A stretch of DNA of 64,000 nt from Pseudomonas aeruginosa PAO1 (GTDB lineage Bacteria > Pseudomonadota > Gammaproteobacteria > Pseudomonadales > Pseudomonadaceae): the NCBI RefSeq assembly GCF_000006765.1, contig NC_002516.2, one strand, 5' to 3'. The notes beneath the pieces were generated by a model. It searched no databases. It saw nothing but the letters and a program-made list of their open reading frames with translations, and was not told the DNA's origin. This document shows, one piece after another, positions 26,282 through 36,001 of the stretch. How positions within the stretch are numbered: the stretch's first letter is position 1; each line of letters begins with the position of its first letter. The translations under genes and the position numbers were made by a program.

Positions 26282-27925
26282 TCAGACCGCCAGGGCGCGT
26301 TCGCGCAACTCGACGTTGAGGATGCGGTCGTTCTCCGAGTAATCCACCGGGCAATCGATCACATGCACCCCGGGCGTGCCCAGGCAGCGCTCCAGCAGCG
26401 GCAGGAAGCCCTCGGCGCTGTCGACCCGGTGGCCGTGGGCGCCGTAGGCCTCGGCGTAGTGCACGAAGTCCGGGTTGCCGTAGTCCAGCCCGAAGTCGGC
26501 GAAGCCCATGTTCGATTGCTTCCAGCGGATCATCCCGTAGCCGTTGTCGCGCAGGATGATCACCGTCAGGTTCATCTTCAGCCGCACCGCGGTTTCCAGT
26601 TCCTGGCTGTTCATCATGAAGCCGCCATCGCCGCACACCGCGACGATCGGCCGGTCCGGGTAGACCAGGTGCGCGGCCATCGCCGAGGGCAGGCCGGCGC
26701 CCATGGTGGCGAGGGCGTTGTCCAGCAGCACGGTGTTGGGCATGTGTGCCTTGTAGTTGCGGGCGAACCAGATCTTGTACATGCCGTTGTCCAGGGCGAC
26801 GATTCCCTGCGACGGCAACGCCCGGCGCACGTCGGCCACCAGGCGCTGCGGGTAGAGCGGGAAGCGCGGGTCGTCGGCGCCTTCGGCGACCTGCGCCTCG
26901 TTGGCCTCGCGGATCGCCAGCAGGCGGGTGAAGTCCCAGTGCGCGGTATCGTCCAGCGCCTCGCCGATCTGCCAGATGGCGTTGGCGATGTCGCCCACCA
27001 CTTCGATCTGCGGGAAATACACCGGGTCCACCTCGGCGGAACGGAAGTTCACGTGGATCACCTCGGTACCGCCGCGAACCATGAAGAACGGCGGCTTCTC
27101 GATCACGTCGTGGCCGACGTTGACGATCAGGTCGGCCGCCTCCACCGCGCGATGCACGAAGTCGCCGGCGGACAGCGCGGCGTTGCCGAGGAAGCGCGGG
27201 TGACGCTCGTCGACCACGCCCTTGCCCATCTGGGTGGTGACGAAGGGAATGCCGGTCTTGTCGATCAGTTGCTTGAGGACCTTGGCGGTCATCTTGCGGT
27301 TGGCCCCGGCGCCGATCACCAGGATCGGGCTGCGCGCGGCGCGCAGCTTCTCCACCGCGGCGCAGATCGCCTTGTATTCCGCCAGCGGCCGGCGGCTCAG
27401 GCTCGGCGGGATGGGCAGGCTGTCGGTCTGCTCGGCGGCGATGTCCTCCGGCAGCTCCAGGTGCACCGCGCCGGGCTTCTCTTCCTCGGCCAGGCGGAAC
27501 GCCTCGCGGACCCGCGAGGGAATGTTGTCGGCGGAGGCCAGTTGGTGGGTGTACTTGGTCAGCGGCTGCATCATGCCGACCACGTCGAGGATCTGGAAGC
27601 GGCCCTGCTTGGACTTCTTGATCGGCTTCTGCCCGGTGATCATCAGCATCGGCATGCCGCCCAGGTAGGCGTAGGCGCCGGCGGTCACCAGGTTGGTGGC
27701 GCCTGGGCCGAGGGTCGACAGGCTGACCCCGGTCTTGCCGGTGAGGCGCCCATAGGTGGCGGCCATGAAGCCGGCCGATTGTTCGTGGCGGGTGAGCACC
27801 AGCCGGATCTGCGACTTGCGCAGGGACTCCAGCAGGTCGAGATTCTCCTCGCCGGGAATTCCGAAGACGTACTGCACGCCCTCGTTTTCCAGGCATTGCA
27901 CAACCACATCGGCTGCCTTGGCCAT
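26282..27925 (-). CDS. ThDP-dependent enzyme, acetolactate synthase large subunit family
   Basis: VFGIPGEE, RHEQSAGFMA, TLGPGATN, GDGGFMMN...RDNGYGMI. Confidence 0.9.
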   Translation of the reverse strand: MAKAADVVVQCLENEGVQYVFGIPGEENLDLLESLRKSQIRLVLTRHEQSAGFMAATYGRLTGKTGVSLSTLGPGATNLVTAGAYAYLGGMPMLMITGQKPIKKSKQGRFQILDVVGMMQPLTKYTHQLASADNIPSRVREAFRLAEEEKPGAVHLELPEDIAAEQTDSLPIPPSLSRRPLAEYKAICAAVEKLRAARSPILVIGAGANRKMTAKVLKQLIDKTGIPFVTTQMGKGVVDERHPRFLGNAALSAGDFVHRAVEAADLIVNVGHDVIEKPPFFMVRGGTEVIHVNFRSAEVDPVYFPQIEVVGDIANAIWQIGEALDDTAHWDFTRLLAIREANEAQVAEGADDPRFPLYPQRLVADVRRALPSQGIVALDNGMYKIWFARNYKAHMPNTVLLDNALATMGAGLPSAMAAHLVYPDRPIVAVCGDGGFMMNSQELETAVRLKMNLTVIILRDNGYGMIRWKQSNMGFADFGLDYGNPDFVHYAEAYGAHGHRVDSAEGFLPLLERCLGTPGVHVIDCPVDYSENDRILNVELRERALAV

Positions 27926-28209
27926 CTGCGTTCTACCTCGGGTGGTGGCGGTTCTGACCGCTCGAACACTGCGCCCCTCGCGTCTCACTGTCCAGCCCCT
28001 CCCGGCCGGCGGAAGGCTCTGGCGCCGGCTTCGCCGGCAAGCGAACGCCGCTCCCGCCATTAGCGCAGCTGAACCCGACCACCCGATCATCAGCACAGCT
28101 AATAATTCATTCGCTGATTTCATGGTGAGGGCGGAGCCCGGATGGTAGAAATCCACCTACCGCTTTACGCGCCGCGCCCCCTCCATCTCACCGAACCCTG
28201 AAGACGACC

Positions 28210-28929
28210 ATGCCCGAGCACGCCCCGATCCTCCCCGTCATCGCCGCCGAGGTGGCCGCCCTCGCCCCCGGTTTCCGCGCCCTGAGCCTCACCGTCGAGG
28301 CGGCGCCGATCGTTCGTCCGGAAATCGCCGGCCGCGCCGTAGAGCGCGCCTGCCAGGCGCTGGCGCGTGGCGAACCGGACTGGGCCGAGGCGCACCTGGC
28401 AGCCTGGGCCGAGGCGTTCCGCCGCTTCGGCGCCAAGCCGCAGCGTACCCCCTGCTCCGCCGAAGCCCTGCGCAAACGCGCGCTGCGCGACGGCGGGCTG
28501 CCGAGCATCGACCCGGTGGTGGACCTGTACAACGCCATCAGCGTGCAATTCGCCATTCCGGTAGGCGGCGAGAACCTCGCCGCCTATGCCGGCCCGCCGC
28601 GCCTGGTGGTCGCCGACGGCAGCGAGACCTTCGACACCCTGAAGAACGGCGAGGCGCTCGACGAATCCCCCGACCCCGGCGAGGTGGTCTGGCGCGACGA
28701 CCTCGGCGTCACCTGCCGCCGCTGGAACTGGCGCCAGGGCGTGCGCACCCGCCTGGACGCCAGCGCCCGGCGCATGTGGTTCATCCTCGAGAGCCTGCCG
28801 GAAATGCCGCTGGCGGCCCTGCACGAAGCGGGCGGCCTGCTGCTCGACGAATTGCGCCTGATGATGCCCGGCATGCGCGCCGACTCGCGCCTGCTGTGCG
28901 TGGCGACGGAATCCGCCGACAGCGTATAA
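28210..28929 (+). CDS. Free-standing B3/B4 (PheRS-beta editing-like) domain protein
   Basis: WAEAFRRFGAKP..TPCSAEAL.KR, LPSIDPVVDLYNAIS, CRRWNWRQ. Confidence 0.85.
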   Translation: MPEHAPILPVIAAEVAALAPGFRALSLTVEAAPIVRPEIAGRAVERACQALARGEPDWAEAHLAAWAEAFRRFGAKPQRTPCSAEALRKRALRDGGLPSIDPVVDLYNAISVQFAIPVGGENLAAYAGPPRLVVADGSETFDTLKNGEALDESPDPGEVVWRDDLGVTCRRWNWRQGVRTRLDASARRMWFILESLPEMPLAALHEAGGLLLDELRLMMPGMRADSRLLCVATESADSV

Positions 28930-28956
28930 GGACCCAGTCCCCGAGGAGAACAGAAC

Positions 28957-29595
28957 ATGTACCTGCCTTCGCATTTCGAAGAGTCCGACCCGCAGGCGCT
29001 GCACGCGCTGATCCGGGACTATCCGCTGGGCCTGCTGGTCAGCCACGGCGAAGCGGGCCTGGACGCCAACCACCTGCCGTTCGAGCTGAGTCCGGCAAAG
29101 GGCGCGCAAGGCACCCTGGAAGCCCATGTCGCGCGCAACAACCCGGTTTGGAGCGAGCTGCGCGACGGCGACGAGGTGCTGGTGGTGTTCCGCGCCGGCG
29201 ATGCCTACATCTCGCCGCAGTGGTACCCGAGCAAGCAGGAGCACCACCGCCAGGTGCCGACCTGGAACTACCGGGTGGTCCACGCCCACGGCCGGGTGCG
29301 GATCCGCGACGACGAACGCTATGTGCGCGGCCTGGTGGCGCGCCTGACCCGCACCCACGAGGCGACCCAGGAAACGCCCTGGAAAATGACCGACGGCCCC
29401 GCCGACTACATCGACGAGATGCTCCGGCTGATCGTCGGCATCGAAATCGAGATCACCCGCCTGGTCGGCAAGTTCAAGCTCAGCCAGAACAAGGAAGCCC
29501 GCGATATCCGCGGCGCCAGCGCAGCGCTGCTGGCGCGCGGCGAACAGGCGATCGGCGCGGCCATGGACGATTGCGCCGCCCGGCGCGACGGCTGA
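28957..29595 (+). CDS. PaiB-like FMN/heme-binding split-barrel protein
   Basis: MYLPSHF, HVARNNP, YISPQWY, VPTWNY..VHAHG, KFKLSQNK. Confidence 0.88.
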   Translation: MYLPSHFEESDPQALHALIRDYPLGLLVSHGEAGLDANHLPFELSPAKGAQGTLEAHVARNNPVWSELRDGDEVLVVFRAGDAYISPQWYPSKQEHHRQVPTWNYRVVHAHGRVRIRDDERYVRGLVARLTRTHEATQETPWKMTDGPADYIDEMLRLIVGIEIEITRLVGKFKLSQNKEARDIRGASAALLARGEQAIGAAMDDCAARRDG

Positions 29596-29598
29596 GGT

Positions 29599-30021
29599 TC
29601 AGGCCTCGCCCGGCTGCGGCCGGTGGTGGACGAACTCGACCACCGTGCCGTCCGGCAGCAGCGCATTGAAGCAGGCGCCGGTGGGCGCGCGCGCCGGCCC
29701 GAAGATGATCTGCGCGCCGGCAGCCAGCAACCGCCGGTGATAGGGCTCGATGTCGTCCACCAGCAGGGTGCCAGTGGTGCTGCGGAACGGCGCCAGCGCC
29801 TCGTCGCTGCCCTCCAGCAGGAGGAAGGCGCCGACTGCGGCGAGTGTCAGGCGTTTCTCGGGAAAGTCGAAGCGCATGTCGTGGGCGACGCCCTGCAGGT
29901 CTTCGTAGAAAGCGATGGCCGCATCGATGCTGCCCGGTTCCAGGTAGACACGGATGAACACCCGCGGCTCGGCGAAACCGGACGAGTCGTTGACGCGACG
30001 CCAGAGAAAAGGCTGGGACAT
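29599..30021 (-). CDS. VOC/glyoxalase-family protein
   Basis: AAIAFYEDLQG, LLVDDIE, LPDGTVVEFV paired beta-alpha-beta-beta-beta pattern. Confidence 0.7.
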   Translation of the reverse strand: MSQPFLWRRVNDSSGFAEPRVFIRVYLEPGSIDAAIAFYEDLQGVAHDMRFDFPEKRLTLAAVGAFLLLEGSDEALAPFRSTTGTLLVDDIEPYHRRLLAAGAQIIFGPARAPTGACFNALLPDGTVVEFVHHRPQPGEA

Positions 30022-30091
30022 GGCGCAGGACCTCCGCAGGCCAGGGCGAAAGGTCCGTTCTAGCATGCCGGCCGCGTCCGGCGAAACGCCC

Positions 30092-31114
30092 TCATTTCGT
30101 CGAGCGGACGTTGCCGTAGCGCACTTCTTTCGACGGCGGGTAGCCGTAGAAGGCGGTGTAGCACTTGCTGAAGTGGCTGGGCGAGACGAAGCCGCAGGCG
30201 ACCAGGACCTCCAGCATGGTCAGGTCGGAATGTTGCAGCAGGCGCCGGCACTCGGTGATCCGCAACTCCAGGTAGTAGCGCACCGGCGTGGTTCCGAGCT
30301 GCTGCTGGAACAATCGCTCGATCTGCCGCCGCGAGCGCCCCACGTAGTGGGCGAGCTGCTCCTGGCTGAGCGGTTCCTCGATATTCGCCGACATCAGGTT
30401 GATCACTTCGCGCAGCGGCTCGCTCATCTTCTCGTGCAGGGCGGGGCGCACCCGCCGGTAGCGCGACTCCTCGAAGGCGAGGATATCCACCACCGCCTCC
30501 ACCAGGTCGCGCCCGTGGCGCCGGGCGATCCACTCCAGCGCCAGGTTGAAGGCGCCGGTGGGGCTGGCCGCGGTCAGGCGGTCGCGGTCGACCATATAGC
30601 TGTCGCTGGTCACCTGGCTGTTGCGGGCGATCTCGGCGAGGGCGGCGCGGTGCTCGGGATGGATGCAGCAGCGGTAGCCATCCAGCAGGCCGGCGTCGCC
30701 GAGGAACCAGGCACCGTTCCACAGCCCGGCCAGGGCGACGCCGCGCGACGCCACGTCCTGCAACGCTTCCCGCAGCGCGGCGGACGAGCGCAGGGGCGTG
30801 CGCAAACCGCCGCAGACCACCAGCAGGTCGAGTCCTTGCAACGCCGCCGAGGCGAGCGCCAGGTCCGGGCAGATCAGCAACCCGAGGTCGCTGGTCACCG
30901 GCTCGCCGCTCAGGCTGAAGTTGCTCACCGCGAAGGACTCGCTGCGGATCAGGTTGGCGGTCACCAGGGTGTCCAGCGCCTGGGTGAAGGCCGGCAGGGA
31001 AAAGTGTTCGAGCAGCAGGAAGCCCACCCGCGCCCGTGCCGAGCCCCCCTCCCCGGCCCCGGTGAACCTGAGGTTCTGCCCTTGCAGGGCGGCGCTGAAA
31101 CGCCTTCTTTCCAT
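30092..31114 (-). CDS. souR: GATase1-containing AraC-family regulator SouR (sarcosine utilisation)
   Basis: GlxA-type N domain (FSLPAFTQALDTL; LWNGAWFL lacks the Cys nucleophile) plus AraC double HTH. Gene name from recalled synteny. Confidence 0.82.
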   Translation of the reverse strand: MERRRFSAALQGQNLRFTGAGEGGSARARVGFLLLEHFSLPAFTQALDTLVTANLIRSESFAVSNFSLSGEPVTSDLGLLICPDLALASAALQGLDLLVVCGGLRTPLRSSAALREALQDVASRGVALAGLWNGAWFLGDAGLLDGYRCCIHPEHRAALAEIARNSQVTSDSYMVDRDRLTAASPTGAFNLALEWIARRHGRDLVEAVVDILAFEESRYRRVRPALHEKMSEPLREVINLMSANIEEPLSQEQLAHYVGRSRRQIERLFQQQLGTTPVRYYLELRITECRRLLQHSDLTMLEVLVACGFVSPSHFSKCYTAFYGYPPSKEVRYGNVRSTK

Positions 31115-31340
31115 CGATTCGTGCCTCTTGTTCTTCTTGTTCCCGGCCAGCGGGCCGCGACGCCTGCCGTCACGGCGAAAACCCCGGGCGCTCCATCATA
31201 TGCGCAAGCCATGTGACTTGGCGCCTCCCTGGCGCGCCGGGGGAATGTGCTCAAATACGCCCTCGGGGGGCTGCCCCTTTCACACGCCACGGCGTCAGCG
31301 GAAACAGCGCGGACGAACGGTGCGGAGACGCCCCGAAAAC

Positions 31341-31393
31341 CTGTAGACATATTGTCTAACAGAACCCTATAGTCATTATACAAACTGTAGACA
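31341..31393. promoter_or_regulatory. GntR/FadR-type boxes (CTGTAGACA x2; TAGACA-TAT-TGTCTA)
   Basis: 9-bp direct repeat at 31341 and 31385 with TGT-N2-ACA symmetry, immediately upstream of the GntR gene. Confidence 0.55.
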
Positions 31394-31399
31394 AAGCCC

Positions 31400-32149
31400 A
31401 TGACAAGTAGAAAGGCCTCCATGAAAGCCCAACCCGACGTCGACTCGAACAGCGCCGATGCCCCCTTCGACCGCAAGGCGGTGCTGGGCGATGCGCTGCG
31501 CCGGCGGATCCTGAGCATGGAACTGGCGCCCGGCGCGGTCGTCGACGAACTCGCCCTGTGCGACGAGTTCGGCCTCTCGCGCCCGCCGGTGCGCGAACTG
31601 CTGCGGCAGATCGCCGCCGAGGGCTACATCGAACTGGAAGCCAACCGTGCGCCGCGCGTCGCGGCCATGAGCCACGACTCGCTGCACGCCTTCTTTCTCG
31701 CCGCGCCGCTGATCTACATCGCCACCACGCAACTGGCGGCCACCCATGCCAGCGAAGCGGAGATCGAGACGCTCAAGGCGATCCAGGAAGATTTCCGCAA
31801 GGCCATCGAAGAGAAGCATGTGGAAAACCGCGTCATCCACAACGACGCCTTCCACCTGGAGATCGGCAGGATGGCCCACAACGACTACCTCATGCCGAGC
31901 CTGCGCCGCTTGCTGATCGACCATGCGCGGCTGGGCAAGATCTTCTACCGCCATCCGACCACCGACGACATGCAACGCGACCTGGAACTCGCCTGCGACC
32001 AGCACGACCAGATCGTCGATGCCATCCAGCGGCGCGATCCGGATGCGGCGGCGGACATCGTCCGCGCGCATTTCGAGCTGTCGCGCCGGCGCATGGCCGA
32101 GTACGCGGCACCGGCCGGAGTGGAGGTGGCGCTGGTCTACGAGGGTTAG
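31400..32149 (+). CDS. GntR/FadR (FCD) family regulator
   Basis: LAPGAVVDELALCDEFGLSRPPVRELL HTH; FCD domain with NDAFH..I...AHN and EH-type QHDQIVDAI. Confidence 0.9.
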   Translation: MTSRKASMKAQPDVDSNSADAPFDRKAVLGDALRRRILSMELAPGAVVDELALCDEFGLSRPPVRELLRQIAAEGYIELEANRAPRVAAMSHDSLHAFFLAAPLIYIATTQLAATHASEAEIETLKAIQEDFRKAIEEKHVENRVIHNDAFHLEIGRMAHNDYLMPSLRRLLIDHARLGKIFYRHPTTDDMQRDLELACDQHDQIVDAIQRRDPDAAADIVRAHFELSRRRMAEYAAPAGVEVALVYEG

Positions 32150-32241
32150 CGAGCCCCCGCGCCACGGCCCCGCCCGAGAAGCGGAGGCGGTCACGCAGGG
32201 GATGGTTACCGGGTTCCAATAACAAGAGTCAGGTCCCTGCG

Positions 32242-33561
32242 ATGACGAAAGTAACCCACCTTCCGGCCGACGACCGTTCCTGCGGCTGGTATCACCTCAG
32301 CCCGCCGCGGCGGCCGAAGCCGGCCCACTACGGCAGGAGCGCCGCCCGTTGGGTGGTGGTCGGCGCCGGCTTCACCGGCCTCGCCGCCGCGCGCCAGCTG
32401 GCGCTGCATTTTCCCGACGAGGAGATCGTCCTGGTCGAGGCCCAGGAAGTCGGCTTCGGTACCGCCGGGCGCAACGCCGGCTTCGCCATCGACCTGCCCC
32501 ACGACATCGGCGCCGACGACTACATCGGCGACATAGCGACCGCCCGGATCGGCCTGAAGCTCAATCTCGCCGGCCAGTCGCTGCTCCGCGAACAGGTGCA
32601 GCGCCATGCCATCGACTGCCAGATGAAAGCCTGCGGCAAGTACCAGGCGGCCGTCGAGGCGCGCGGCGTGGCTGTGCTCGACGCCTACCGGCGCGGCCTC
32701 GATCGGCTCGGCCAGGCCTACGAGGTGATCGAGGCGGACGACCTCCCGGGAAACATCGGCACCGCTTTCTATCGCAAGGCCCTGTTCACCCCCGGTACCC
32801 TGCTGGTGCAGCCCTCGGCCCTGGTCAAGGGCCTGGCCGACAGCCTGCCGGGCAACGTCAGCCTCTACGAACACACACCGATCACCGCCGTGGAATATGG
32901 CGACAGGACCCTGCTGAGCCATCCCCACGGCAGCATCCTGGCCGACCGCCTGGTCCTCGCCAACAACGCCTTCGGCATGAGCTTCGGCTTCCTCCAGGGG
33001 CGGATGCTGCCGATCTTCACCTACGCCAGCCTGACCCGGCCGCTCGATGCCGAGGAGCAGGCCCGCCTCGGCGGGCGCCCCTACTGGGGCCTGATCCCGG
33101 CCAACCCTTACGGCACCACGGTGAGGCGTACCCCGGACAACCGCCTGCTGATCCGCAACAGCTTCAGCTTCAACCCTGACGGACGCAGCGCCGGGAAGTA
33201 CCTTGAGCGCTTCGCCGTACGCCATCGCGCCTCGTTCCGCCAGCGCTTCCCGATGCTCCCGGAAGTCGGCTTCGACTACACCTGGGGCGGCTCGCTGGCG
33301 CTGTCGAGGAACCACATGGGGCACTTCGGCGAGCTGGCGCCCAACGTCTATGGCGCCCTGTGCTGCAACGGCCTGGGGGTAACCCGCGGGACCGTCACCG
33401 GGAAGCTGCTGGCCGACTGGCTGGCGGGCGAACGCAACGAGCTGATCGACTTCCTGCTGCGCGCGCCCGGTCCCAGCGGCAATCCACCCGAACCACTCCT
33501 TTCCCTTGGCGTGAACCTCAACCTGAGGTGGGGGCAGTATCGAGCAGGTAGAGAAAGCTAG
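32242..33561 (+). CDS. FAD-dependent amine/amino-acid oxidoreductase (PuuB/OrdL-like)
   Basis: VVVGAGFTGL, LVEAQEVGFGTAGRNAGF, YTWGG, CNGLGV. Confidence 0.88.
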   Translation: MTKVTHLPADDRSCGWYHLSPPRRPKPAHYGRSAARWVVVGAGFTGLAAARQLALHFPDEEIVLVEAQEVGFGTAGRNAGFAIDLPHDIGADDYIGDIATARIGLKLNLAGQSLLREQVQRHAIDCQMKACGKYQAAVEARGVAVLDAYRRGLDRLGQAYEVIEADDLPGNIGTAFYRKALFTPGTLLVQPSALVKGLADSLPGNVSLYEHTPITAVEYGDRTLLSHPHGSILADRLVLANNAFGMSFGFLQGRMLPIFTYASLTRPLDAEEQARLGGRPYWGLIPANPYGTTVRRTPDNRLLIRNSFSFNPDGRSAGKYLERFAVRHRASFRQRFPMLPEVGFDYTWGGSLALSRNHMGHFGELAPNVYGALCCNGLGVTRGTVTGKLLADWLAGERNELIDFLLRAPGPSGNPPEPLLSLGVNLNLRWGQYRAGRES

Positions 33562-33696
33562 GCATCCCTAGGAACGCGCCCGCGGGCGCCGACTTCGATT
33601 CAGACGGCCATTGAAGACCGGAGCTGGAGAGCGTTCCAGCCTCGCGGATTCGCTCGGCCCGAATTCACCGGCAGCGGTTAGAACCAGGAGACAATA

Positions 33697-35025
33697 ATGA
33701 CAAATCCTACGACCTCGATCGAAGACGTACCCCTCAACGCCTTCCACCGGCTGTTGACCCTGCGCTCCGGCGGCGGCTCCTTCGTCGACGGCTACGTGCT
33801 GAGCATCATCGGCGTGGCGATGCTGCAGATGACCGCGGCATTGCAACTGAGCAGTTTCTGGCAGGGCATGATCGCCGCCTCGGCGCTGGTCGGCATCTTC
33901 TTCGGCGGTTTCCTCGGCGGCTGGCTGACCGACCGCCTGGGCCGCCGCAGGCTGTTCTTCGTCGGCCCCAGCCTGTTCGTCCTCGCTTCCCTGGCGCAGT
34001 ACGGGGTCGACTCGGCGGCGGCGCTGTTCGTCCTGCGCTTCCTGATCGGCGTGGCGGTGGGCATCGAGTACCCGGTCGCCACCGCCTTGCTGGTGGAGTT
34101 CTTGCCGAAGAAGTATCGCGGACCGCGCCTGGCCACCCTGACCATCCTCTGGTTCGCCGGCGCCGCCTTCGCCTACCTGGTCGGCGACCTGATCCTGCGC
34201 AGCGGCGGCGAGGACGCCTGGCGCCTGGTACTGGCCAGCACCGCGGCGATCGGTGCCGTGCTGTTCCTGCTACGCATCGGCACCCCCGAGTCGCCGCGCT
34301 GGCTGCTGAGCAAGGGCCGCGACGCGGACGCAGAACGGGTCATCCGCCAGGTCTACGGAGAAGCCTTCTCGCTGGAGAACCTGCCCGAACAGGCGCTGGA
34401 ACGGAAGGTCACCATCTGGCACCTGCTCTACGCCGGCTACGGCAAGCGCATGCTCTTCGTCACCCTGTTCTGGACCTGCTCGGTGATCCCCGTGTTCGCC
34501 GTCTACGCCTTCGCGCCCAAGGTGCTGCTGGCGCTGAACCTGAAGGGCGACTGGGCCTCCTACGGTTCGGTGGCGATCACCCTGCTGTTCGTCATCGGCT
34601 GCATCATCGCCACCCGCCTGATCAACCGCATCGGCCGGCGCTGCATGCTGCTGCACAGCTTCCTCTGGTCCGGCCTGGCGCTGCTCGGGCTGGGCGTCTT
34701 CCACGCCGGCTCGGAGGCGACCATCCTCGGCCTGTTCGGTGCCTACGCGCTGTTCATCGGCGGCGCCCAGGTGCTGCAACTGGTCTACCCGAACGAACTG
34801 TTCCCCACCGAGATCCGCGCCTTCGCGGTCGGCGTCGGCACCTCGTTATCGCGCGTCGGCGCCGCGGTGGGCACCTACCTGGTGCCGCTTTCCCTGGAAA
34901 CCCTGGGTACCGCCCAGACCATGTACGCCGCCGCGCTGGTGACCCTGCTCGGGCTGCTCGTGACCTGGGCCCTGGCGCCGGAAACCCGTTCGCTGAACCT
35001 GCAGCAGGCGGCTTCGCTCACCTGA
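33697..35025 (+). CDS. MFS transporter (YaaU-like metabolite:H+ symporter)
   Basis: GSFVDGYVLSIIG, DRLGRRR, LVEFLPKKYRG, PESPRWL, ELFPTEIRA. Confidence 0.9.
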   Translation: MTNPTTSIEDVPLNAFHRLLTLRSGGGSFVDGYVLSIIGVAMLQMTAALQLSSFWQGMIAASALVGIFFGGFLGGWLTDRLGRRRLFFVGPSLFVLASLAQYGVDSAAALFVLRFLIGVAVGIEYPVATALLVEFLPKKYRGPRLATLTILWFAGAAFAYLVGDLILRSGGEDAWRLVLASTAAIGAVLFLLRIGTPESPRWLLSKGRDADAERVIRQVYGEAFSLENLPEQALERKVTIWHLLYAGYGKRMLFVTLFWTCSVIPVFAVYAFAPKVLLALNLKGDWASYGSVAITLLFVIGCIIATRLINRIGRRCMLLHSFLWSGLALLGLGVFHAGSEATILGLFGAYALFIGGAQVLQLVYPNELFPTEIRAFAVGVGTSLSRVGAAVGTYLVPLSLETLGTAQTMYAAALVTLLGLLVTWALAPETRSLNLQQAASLT

Positions 35026-35089
35026 ACCACCCGCCGCGGCAGCGTCCGCCGGGTGCGCCGCGGCCCAGCATCCCACAGGAGGAAACCCC

Positions 35090-36001
35090 GTGAAATTCGA
35101 AGGTATCTATACCCCCGCCATCACCCCGCTGAGCGCCGACGGCAGCATCGACACCCAAGCCTTCGCCGAGGTCCTGGAGTTTCTCGTCGAGTCGAAGGTG
35201 CACGGCATCGTGATCGGCGGCTCCACCGGCGAGTACTACGCGCACACCGCCGAGGAACGCCTGGCCCTCGCCGCCCACGCCAGCGAAGTCATCGCCGGGC
35301 GCCTGCCGCTGGTGGTGGGAACCGGCGCGATCCGCACCGAGGACTCGCTGGCCTACGCCGAAGCCGCCCGCGCCATCGGCGCCGACGCCATCCTGGTCGG
35401 CTCGCCGCCCTACGCGCTGCCGACCTCGCGGGAGATCGCCGAGCACGTGCTGGCGGTGGATCGCGCCGCCGGCCTGCCGATCATGCTCTACAACTATCCG
35501 GCGCGGATGGGCGTGGAGATGGACGAGGCGTTCTTCGCCGCCGTCGCCGGCTGCCGCAACATCGTCGCGATCAAGGAAAGCTCCGGCTCCACCGCGCAAT
35601 TGCACCGCCTGGCCTGCCGCCACCCGCGGATCGCCTTGTCCTGCGGCTGGGACGACCAGGCCCTGGAGTTCTTCGCCTGGGGCGCGCGCAGTTGGGTCTG
35701 CGCCGGCTCCAACTTCATCCCTGGCGAACACCTCGCCCTGTACCAGGCCTGCGTGGTCGAGAACGACTTCGCCAAGGGCCGGCGCATCATGGCGGCGATG
35801 ATGCCGCTGATGGACTTTCTCGAAAGCGGTCACTTCGTCCAGTCGATCAAGCACGGCTGCGAGCTGGCCGGCCTGCGCGCCGGCGGCGTACGTGCGCCGC
35901 TGAAGGCGCTGGACGAGGCCGGCAAGGCGGCACTGGCGGAGATCGTCGCCAGGCTCAAGGGCGAGGTCGCGCGGATCGTCGAGGGTGGCCGCCATGACTG
36001 A
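35090..36001 (+). CDS. DapA/NanA-family class I aldolase/deaminase
   Basis: GGSTGE, LYNYP, Schiff-base IKESSG. GTG start with AGGAGG RBS. Confidence 0.9.
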   Translation: MKFEGIYTPAITPLSADGSIDTQAFAEVLEFLVESKVHGIVIGGSTGEYYAHTAEERLALAAHASEVIAGRLPLVVGTGAIRTEDSLAYAEAARAIGADAILVGSPPYALPTSREIAEHVLAVDRAAGLPIMLYNYPARMGVEMDEAFFAAVAGCRNIVAIKESSGSTAQLHRLACRHPRIALSCGWDDQALEFFAWGARSWVCAGSNFIPGEHLALYQACVVENDFAKGRRIMAAMMPLMDFLESGHFVQSIKHGCELAGLRAGGVRAPLKALDEAGKAALAEIVARLKGEVARIVEGGRHD

